Origin: Bdellovibrionales bacterium
Lineage (GTDB): Bacteria > Bdellovibrionota > Bdellovibrionia > Bdellovibrionales > JAUICD01
Reading direction: 5' to 3'
NCBI GenBank assembly: GCA_965197425.1
Contig: CBDANC010000014.1
Span: 235,088-299,087, forward strand
Length of the DNA: 64,000 nucleotides
Each line of letters begins with the position of its first letter. Position 1 is the stretch's first letter. The position numbers and the translations under genes were made by a program. Positions 57,451-64,000 of this stretch are shown here, piece by piece. Below the pieces are notes generated by a model. It worked only from the letters and a program-made list of their open reading frames with translations, did no database searches and was not told where the DNA came from.

Positions 57451-58911
57451 TTATTCTTTTAGTTTCATAGTAGGAAACAATATCACATCCCTGATAGATG
57501 GCATATCAGTAACCAGCATAACAAGTCTATCAATACCCAACCCCACACCACCTGTAGGAGGCATACCTAAATCTATTGCATGTACAAAACTTTTATCCAT
57601 TGGGTGATGGTCCCCGCCTTGCAACCTGATTTCCTCCTGAGCTTTTAATCTTTTAAATTGCTCTTCTGGATCATTTAACTCTGTGTACGCATTACCTAGT
57701 TCCATTTTTGCCACAACGGGCTCAAACCTTTCCACTCTATTTGGTTTGCTTCTGTGCATTTTTGTAAGAGGAGATATCTCCACAGGATAATCCATAACAA
57801 TTGTAGGTTGCCAAAGTTGATCCTCAACCACTAACTCGAATAAGTCCATGATCATTTCCCCTCTAGAAACCTTACTTTCTAGAGAAGTGCCATGCTTTTT
57901 ACACTCCAAAAACAAATCTTGATCTGATATTTTGCTTAAGTCAACATCTCCATACTCCAATATACCATCATCAATACTAAGCCTCTTCCAAGGGGTATTA
58001 AAGTCTATCTCTTTTCCTTGGTAAGTTATTTTGCTTGTACCATGAATAGATTTTACAACAAACAAAACAAGTTCCTCAAATTGTTTCATTTGATAAAGAT
58101 AATCGGTGTAAGCTTCGTACCATTCTACTGTGGTAAACTCTGGATTATGTTGCCTGTCTATACCTTCATTTCTAAAACTTTTACCAAGATCATAAACTTT
58201 ATCAAAACCTCCCACGATCAATTTTTTTAAAAAAATTTCCGGAGAAATTTTCATATATAAATCCATGCTCAGAGCATTGTGCTTTGTTACAAACGGTTTT
58301 GCAGCAGCACCACCGTATACCGACTGCAACATCGGTGTTTCCACTTCTATAAATCCTCTGTCATCCAAAAATTTTCTTATTAAACTAATAACCTTAGACC
58401 TTATCTTAAAGACTTCTTTTACCTTTGGCTCTGATATTAAGTGTAGATATCTAGATCTATACTTTATCTCCATGTCTGTAATTCCATGAAATTTTTCTGG
58501 AAGTGGCTCTAGTGTTTTGCACAAAATTTTAAACTTTCTACAGTGAATACTAAGTTCGCCCTTTTTTGTTTTAAAAACAAAGCCTTCGACCCCTACTATG
58601 TCCCCTATATCTAAATGTTCAAAACAAGATTTTTCTTCACTAGATAATTCTTCTAATTTCAAGTAACACTGAAAAGAAGAGTCGTCTTGAATGTTAAAAA
58701 ATGAAGCCTTACCCATCGACCTTTTGGTCATCACTCTTCCAGCCAAAACAAAAGATGTATCTTTTAGCTTTTCTCCTATTTCAAGAGATTTATATTTTTC
58801 TATAAGTTCACTGGAATATACAGTTCTCTCAAATGAGTGAGGGTAAGCATCAACTTTTTTTCTAAGTGCGTTTAACTTCTTTTTCTTTTCTTGTCTTAGA
58901 GGGTTTTCCAT
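57451..58911 (-). CDS. lysS: lysine--tRNA ligase (class II)
   Basis: GRVMTKRSMGKASFFNIQD, FRNEGIDRQHNPEFTTVEWY, GLGIDRLVMLVT. Confidence 0.96.
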   Translation of the reverse strand: MENPLRQEKKKKLNALRKKVDAYPHSFERTVYSSELIEKYKSLEIGEKLKDTSFVLAGRVMTKRSMGKASFFNIQDDSSFQCYLKLEELSSEEKSCFEHLDIGDIVGVEGFVFKTKKGELSIHCRKFKILCKTLEPLPEKFHGITDMEIKYRSRYLHLISEPKVKEVFKIRSKVISLIRKFLDDRGFIEVETPMLQSVYGGAAAKPFVTKHNALSMDLYMKISPEIFLKKLIVGGFDKVYDLGKSFRNEGIDRQHNPEFTTVEWYEAYTDYLYQMKQFEELVLFVVKSIHGTSKITYQGKEIDFNTPWKRLSIDDGILEYGDVDLSKISDQDLFLECKKHGTSLESKVSRGEMIMDLFELVVEDQLWQPTIVMDYPVEISPLTKMHRSKPNRVERFEPVVAKMELGNAYTELNDPEEQFKRLKAQEEIRLQGGDHHPMDKSFVHAIDLGMPPTGGVGLGIDRLVMLVTDMPSIRDVILFPTMKLKE

Positions 58912-59771
58912 TAACTATGATCACTATATATGGATATTATTTTATCTAATAAATCTATTGCTTTACTTTTTTCTCTTTGAAATGAATTCCTGCCAACTAT
59001 GCTGCCAAAACTTCCGCCCTTCGCAAGAAGACGAACTTCATCTAATAATTCTTTTGTGTCTTTAGCAGGACCACCAGAAAAAATCACAATACGCTTTTTA
59101 TTAAAGGCAGCCTCTAGTACTTTTCCTACAGCGTCACTTAGATTGCTTGTGTCAGTAGGTGGTTTCACCTTAATTATATTTGCTCCAAGTTGTGCTGCTA
59201 TGTGAGCAGCATAAGCTATGGTCTCTAAGTTAGTTTCTTTCCCTTTCAACTGTTCCCCTCTAGGATAACTCCAAATCACCACAGCTAATCCAACTTTTTT
59301 TGCTTCTCGACTTAACTTTGCAATTTCCTCATACATTTGTTTTTTGTGTTTACTACCAGGATAAATAGTAAATCCAATGGCAACACATCCAAGCCTAAGT
59401 GCATGATCAATGCCAGATGTAATTGCAGGTATTGGATCATCACTTTTATACAAACTCTCTGCATTGTTTACTTTTAAAATCAGGGGAATCTCACCAGCAT
59501 AATCTCTAGCACCTGACTCTATAAATCCCAGAGGAGCTGCATATGCATTGCATCCAGCTTCGATAGCAAATTCGAAGTGGTAATTAGGATCATAGGCGCA
59601 TGGATTTTTGTCAAAGCTCTTAAGTGGTCCGTGTTCAAAACCCTGATCTACAGGTAGGATAACCAGCTTGCCTGTGCCTGCTAATTTCCCATGGTTAAGC
59701 ATCCTGGATAAATTTGCTATTACTCCAGGACAGTCGGCAGAATAGAAATTGAGAATATCACTTGTACTCAC
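58911..59771 (-). CDS. fbaB: class I fructose-bisphosphate aldolase (DhnA/FbaB type)
   Basis: GKLAGTGKLVILPVDQGFEHGP, AIEAGCNAYAAPLG, GANIIKVKPP. Collinear with the core of E. coli FbaB as I recall it. Confidence 0.78.
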   Translation of the reverse strand: MSTSDILNFYSADCPGVIANLSRMLNHGKLAGTGKLVILPVDQGFEHGPLKSFDKNPCAYDPNYHFEFAIEAGCNAYAAPLGFIESGARDYAGEIPLILKVNNAESLYKSDDPIPAITSGIDHALRLGCVAIGFTIYPGSKHKKQMYEEIAKLSREAKKVGLAVVIWSYPRGEQLKGKETNLETIAYAAHIAAQLGANIIKVKPPTDTSNLSDAVGKVLEAAFNKKRIVIFSGGPAKDTKELLDEVRLLAKGGSFGSIVGRNSFQREKSKAIDLLDKIISIYSDHS

Positions 59772-59874
59772 TTAATAACCCATTGAATCTTGAACCTAGC
59801 AAAGTATTGAATATTGCGGTGTATAAGTCAAACATCATCTTGTCGCACGCTCAAATTGAGATTAGATTCTGGCA

Positions 59875-60528
59875 ATGGCTTTTATTGTATTTGAAGGACT
59901 GGATGGATCAGGAAAAAGCACATTAATTCAAGCTTTAGGAAAAGATCTAAAAAAACATGGCGTGGACTACCTTATAACGGAAGAGCCGGGAGGTAGCCTG
60001 GTAGGGAACCAAATAAGAGCAGTTCTTTTGGATAAAAAAAATAAATCTCTCTGTTCCAAAACAGAACTGTTATTATACCAATCAATAAGAGCCCAACATG
60101 TAGATAGTGTAATTAAACCTGCCATTCAACAAGGCAAGTGGGTCATTTGTGATAGGTTCACAGCAAGTTCCATTGCATTTCAATCTTCTGGAAGAGGAAT
60201 AGATCTAGCCTGCGTTGAGTATCTAAATAACTTCTCAACCGACAACCTAAAACCTGAATTAACAGTCCTATTAGATATAGAACCTAAAGAAAGCAAAGCT
60301 AGACTTAATAAACGAAAAAATCAAGTTGGACAAGAAAAAGACAGGTTTGAAATTGAAGATTTAAAATTTCATATCAAGGTAAGAAACTCTTATTTAAAAC
60401 AATCTAAGAGCAATCCAAACTGGTTGATACTTGATGGAAAAAACTCAACAGAAATAAACCAAAATAAAATCAAAAACGCTTTGCTAACAAAGGGCTGGTT
60501 AAAGAACTTGAGTGGAGATTGTATATGA
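59875..60528 (+). CDS. tmk: thymidylate kinase
   Basis: FIVFEGLDGSGKST, DRFTASSIAFQ. Confidence 0.93.
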   Translation: MAFIVFEGLDGSGKSTLIQALGKDLKKHGVDYLITEEPGGSLVGNQIRAVLLDKKNKSLCSKTELLLYQSIRAQHVDSVIKPAIQQGKWVICDRFTASSIAFQSSGRGIDLACVEYLNNFSTDNLKPELTVLLDIEPKESKARLNKRKNQVGQEKDRFEIEDLKFHIKVRNSYLKQSKSNPNWLILDGKNSTEINQNKIKNALLTKGWLKNLSGDCI

Positions 60529-61349
60529 CATCCGGGAAGCTGGACATTCAATCGATACCAAATTCATTAGCTATCGTTGGAAAAAATGAGAGTTTAAATT
60601 TTAAGATAGCACAAAAGTTTGCACAAAAACTTTTGTGCGAAAAGAACATGGGTGATTGCAACTGTGGGCCATGTGTTAGAGTGGCAAAAAATATAAGCGA
60701 AAGTGTTTTAATAGTTAAGCCTGAGAATGAATCTATAAAAATAGCAGGCGCTAAGGAGATAATTAATTTTATAAAACTCACACCTATTAACAAAGCAAAC
60801 ATTGTTATAATTAAAAATGCAAATCTGATGAATAAAGAAGCCTCTAATCATCTGCTTAAAGCAATAGAAGAACCAACTTCTCGTCAATATTTTATGTTAC
60901 TAGCTCCAGAAGAAGGAACCTTTTTATCAACTATAAGAAGTCGTGTACAAGTATTTAGAGCAGATACAATGGACAACTCATCAAACAACTTTGACTTAGA
61001 TAAGGAAAACCTAAGCTTAGATGATCCGGCATTCGAAAAATCCTTAAATATGTTAGATGCCATTATAAAAAATAGTGTAGTAAGTGTTGGAAAAATAAAA
61101 ATTAAGGACAAAAAAGAAGCACTCTTAATATGTTATTTTATAAGAGAGTTTTTAAGGGATTTGGCTATAGCCAATTATAATAAAACATTAATAAAATACC
61201 CTGACATAATCAAAAAATATAACTCCATTAAGTTAGATAGAATAAATCGTATGTTTGATTGCTCTTCTAAAATGATCCAACACTTAAAAGGCAATGTGGA
61301 CAAAAATATTATTTTTGAACAAATGGCACTGAAGGGAAGTATCAAATGA
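60519..61349 (+). CDS. holB: DNA polymerase III subunit delta-prime
   Basis: NHLLKAIEEPTSRQYFMLLA, STIRSRVQVFR; tmk-holB synteny. Confidence 0.8.
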   Translation: MYMTSGKLDIQSIPNSLAIVGKNESLNFKIAQKFAQKLLCEKNMGDCNCGPCVRVAKNISESVLIVKPENESIKIAGAKEIINFIKLTPINKANIVIIKNANLMNKEASNHLLKAIEEPTSRQYFMLLAPEEGTFLSTIRSRVQVFRADTMDNSSNNFDLDKENLSLDDPAFEKSLNMLDAIIKNSVVSVGKIKIKDKKEALLICYFIREFLRDLAIANYNKTLIKYPDIIKKYNSIKLDRINRMFDCSSKMIQHLKGNVDKNIIFEQMALKGSIK

Positions 61350-61427
61350 CACATAGAAAGCTGGGTAATCACCAGGCCTTGAAAGTAGGCATAGCCCCCT
61401 TATTTTTGCCTCATTCGGAAGATCTTT

Positions 61428-62189
61428 ATGAGTTGGATTGATATTCATTGCCACTTAGATATGTTAGAGGATCCACAACAAGCTATTTTGGAAGCCAAAG
61501 AATGTGGAGTAACACATATGATAACTATCTCCACTACACCAGCTACTCAAAAAAAAGTTCTGGAATTTTCCAAAAAATATTTTCCAAATGTATTTTGTAC
61601 TTTTGGAATACATCCACACGATGCTAAAGACTTTGATATAGAAGTAAAAAAATATATTTTAGAAAATGCTCATGTAAAAAACTGTGTTGCAATAGGTGAA
61701 ATAGGGTTGGACTATTACTATAACTACTCTGAGCAGTCAGTACAAAAACAAGTTTTTTTGGAACAACTAGAAATGGCACAAGAACTAGATCTTCCTGTTC
61801 AAATACATACACGGGATGCAGAAAAAGATACCATTGATATTTTAAAAAAAATTAAGCCCAAGGGAGTTATACATTGTTTCACTGGAACACAGTGGTTAGC
61901 AGATGAGGCTCTATCACTGGGAATGAATATTTCATTTAGTGGAATTGTAACATTCAAAAACGCAAAACAATTAGTTGATGTTGCAAAAAATACTCCAATA
62001 GACAGAATGCACATTGAAACCGACGCACCTTTTTTAGCTCCTGTACCTGTAAGAGGCAAAAAAAATACTCCTGCCTATGTAGGCCATGTAGGTAAGTTTT
62101 TAGCAGATTTAAAGGGAATAGAAGCAGAAGAGTTTAAACAACAAATGTATAAAAATGCTCTTGCTGTTTTTACAAAACTTAATGGTTAA
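61428..62189 (+). CDS. tatD: TatD-family metal-dependent hydrolase/DNase
   Basis: WIDIHCHLD, AIGEIGLDYYY, PVQIHTRDA, HCFTG, ETDAPFL. Confidence 0.9.
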   Translation: MSWIDIHCHLDMLEDPQQAILEAKECGVTHMITISTTPATQKKVLEFSKKYFPNVFCTFGIHPHDAKDFDIEVKKYILENAHVKNCVAIGEIGLDYYYNYSEQSVQKQVFLEQLEMAQELDLPVQIHTRDAEKDTIDILKKIKPKGVIHCFTGTQWLADEALSLGMNISFSGIVTFKNAKQLVDVAKNTPIDRMHIETDAPFLAPVPVRGKKNTPAYVGHVGKFLADLKGIEAEEFKQQMYKNALAVFTKLNG

Positions 62190-62435
62190 TTTAACAGATC
62201 ATGCCCAATCTAAGGCATTTTGTCCTTTGTTGTCTATAGCATTAAGATCCGCATGAAATTGTTTGGGCAAAGTTTTTGATATACAGCAACCTTTACAACA
62301 AACCCATTATATAGCTATTTAATGATAAAACTATCTTTGTTCAGAGACTTAGAAAGATAAATTTTTTGCAACTAAAAAATTGTGTTGCTTATCACATATT
62401 TGCAAGTAAAATAAGAAACAAATAAAGGAGTTTTT

Positions 62436-63821
62436 ATGCCTCATAGGTCTTTTTCGTTTTTGTTGGTCTACCTGTTACCATTAAGTATATCTTGTGCAAG
62501 TTTAGGTAAAACAAAGCAAGGTGTTCATTTTTCTAATTTATCCACAAGAAAGATGGCTTCCATCAAAGTTAAAAATAAACCTATTTTTAACAACATAGTC
62601 AGCAAGGATCTGAATAGAGCTCAAAAGCTGACAACCTTAAACAAACTTTTAAACAATCCTTTTACTAAAACTTTTGCCAATGATGATACGAACAGGGGCA
62701 GGAAATTAAAGTACACTGCTACTCCTAGCGATGATCTCCTTGTTACAGCGGCACAGGAAGGTGATTTAAACAGGGTCCGTGAGTTGATTGAAACTGGAGA
62801 TCATGCTGATAAATATGATGAAGCTCTTATTGCGGCAGTAGCAAATGAGCATTTAGAAGTTATGAGTGAATTAATCAAAGCTGGAGCAGATCCCAATGCG
62901 ACAAATTCAGATGGTTTTACTGCTCTTATGATCGCATCTGTTAGTAATCGTTTAGACATAGTTAGAGAATTGATTAAAGCAGGTGCTGATGTCGATTTCA
63001 GTACGACCATAAATGATGGGAATTTACGCAATGTCAGCGTTCTTATGATTGCATCCAATAATGGAAGTTTAGGAGTAGTTCGAGAGTTAGTAGCTTCTGA
63101 TGTAAGTGTTCATGCAACAGATTCAGATGGGGACACTGCTATTATATATGCCATATTGAAGGACCAACTAGAAGTAGTCAGGGAGCTAATAGAGGCTGGA
63201 GCAGATTTGAGCGATAGAAATTCAAATGGCTTTACTGCTCTCATAGTAGCATCAATAGAGGGACATTTAGAAATAATAAGAGAGCTGATTAAAGCAGGTG
63301 CAGAAATTGATGCAGCAGATTCAGATGGATTTAACTCCCTCATGGCAGCAGCAATGATTGGACACTTAGAGGTTGTTCGAGAATTAATTAAGGCCGGAGC
63401 AAATGTTCATGCAACTGACACTGACGCAGACACTGCTTTGGTATATGCAATAATAGGCGATGGGAATTTAGAAGTAGTAAGAGAACTTATTAAAGAAGGT
63501 GTCGATGTCAATGCAGCAAGTTTGTTGAGCCTTATAACCCCCTTAATGAGAGCAACATTTGCAGGACACTTAGAGGTTGTTCGAGAATTAATTAAGGCCG
63601 GAGCAAATGTTCATGCAACTGATGATGATGGAGACACTGCCATTATATATGCAGCACTCGGTATGGAATTAGAGTTGGCTCGTGAGCTATGTAGGAATGG
63701 AGCTGTTTTCAATTACAGTATATCTCAAACAGCAATTGGGTATGGAGTACCGCAGAGTTTCATTGAAGAAATGTTTCGCGTATGCGACACAAGAATTGCT
63801 AGGAGGAGGTCAAGCTTCTAA
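62436..63821 (+). CDS. ankyrin-repeat lipoprotein
   Basis: Lipobox LPLSISC, AAGGAG SD, and about 10 ankyrin repeats of the consensus GHLEVVRELIKAGA.V.A.D.DG.TAL. Confidence 0.88.
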   Translation: MPHRSFSFLLVYLLPLSISCASLGKTKQGVHFSNLSTRKMASIKVKNKPIFNNIVSKDLNRAQKLTTLNKLLNNPFTKTFANDDTNRGRKLKYTATPSDDLLVTAAQEGDLNRVRELIETGDHADKYDEALIAAVANEHLEVMSELIKAGADPNATNSDGFTALMIASVSNRLDIVRELIKAGADVDFSTTINDGNLRNVSVLMIASNNGSLGVVRELVASDVSVHATDSDGDTAIIYAILKDQLEVVRELIEAGADLSDRNSNGFTALIVASIEGHLEIIRELIKAGAEIDAADSDGFNSLMAAAMIGHLEVVRELIKAGANVHATDTDADTALVYAIIGDGNLEVVRELIKEGVDVNAASLLSLITPLMRATFAGHLEVVRELIKAGANVHATDDDGDTAIIYAALGMELELARELCRNGAVFNYSISQTAIGYGVPQSFIEEMFRVCDTRIARRRSSF

Positions 63822-64000
63822 GCTACCAGAAACATAAAATTTATTTATTTTTAACCTTGGTACAAGAACTAATGGAAACAAGTGTGACATTAGTTCACAA
63901 AACTTTGAATCATTTAAGTTCGTTAAAAATTTAATAGTGTTACCAATTATAGTGGGCAAAAGCTTTGTTAGCTTCACTCATTCTGTGAACATCATCTCTT

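Noticed and set aside
63940-64000. Open minus-strand frame at the window end (...RDDVHRMSEANKAFAHYNW*)
   Set aside because: Only 20 codons are visible, which is too short to call a gene or assign a product.

Overview
This is a low-GC, densely coding bacterial chromosome segment with about 60 genes and one tRNA. I saw no rRNA, CRISPR array, transposase or integrase. Housekeeping blocks: SCO1-like; dnaX-recR; lon-clpX-clpP; pepA; sufE; merR-ihfA-pheT-pheS; a SpoU/TrmH methyltransferase; ung; an MltD-like transglycosylase; speA; a cation/proton antiporter; tatA; rodZ, a pilF-like gene, ndk, sucD, sucC and mdh; uppP; a Cys/Met PLP enzyme; tRNA-Phe; exbB-exbD; pyrD; fadE; lysS; a class I aldolase; tmk-holB-tatD. 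Several clues suggest a Bdellovibrionota/Oligoflexia-like organism that may be predatory or host-associated, but this is inference only. The clues are an MglA GTPase with Ser at the Ras-G12-equivalent position and no adjacent mglB, Tad-type platform proteins, a lysine-repeat H1-like protein, and four signal-peptide ankyrin proteins. The best candidates for something undescribed are as follows. (1) A translationally coupled minus-strand operon at 45.2-51.5 kb encodes a lone TadC-like platform protein, DUF192, three single- or double-pass membrane proteins carrying four FHA domains (one also with HAMP and PAS-like modules), and a degenerate SpoIIE/PP2C-like protein. No kinase, ATPase, secretin or pilin is in view. 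(2) A hairpin followed by the exact 10-mer TCAATCAGTG recurs at least four times, always on the coding strand in 5' leaders (dnaX, trmH-like, speA, and a G+C-enriched 240-bp spacer before the mltD-like gene). (3) A Fic gene is preceded by 2.5 copies of a 70-bp tandem repeat rich in TTCCAA/TTGGAA half-sites. There is also visible gene decay: an ankyrin paralog, a tadB-like gene, uppP and a lipoprotein gene are all interrupted. All calls come from reading the sequence and the supplied ORF translations; no database search was run.
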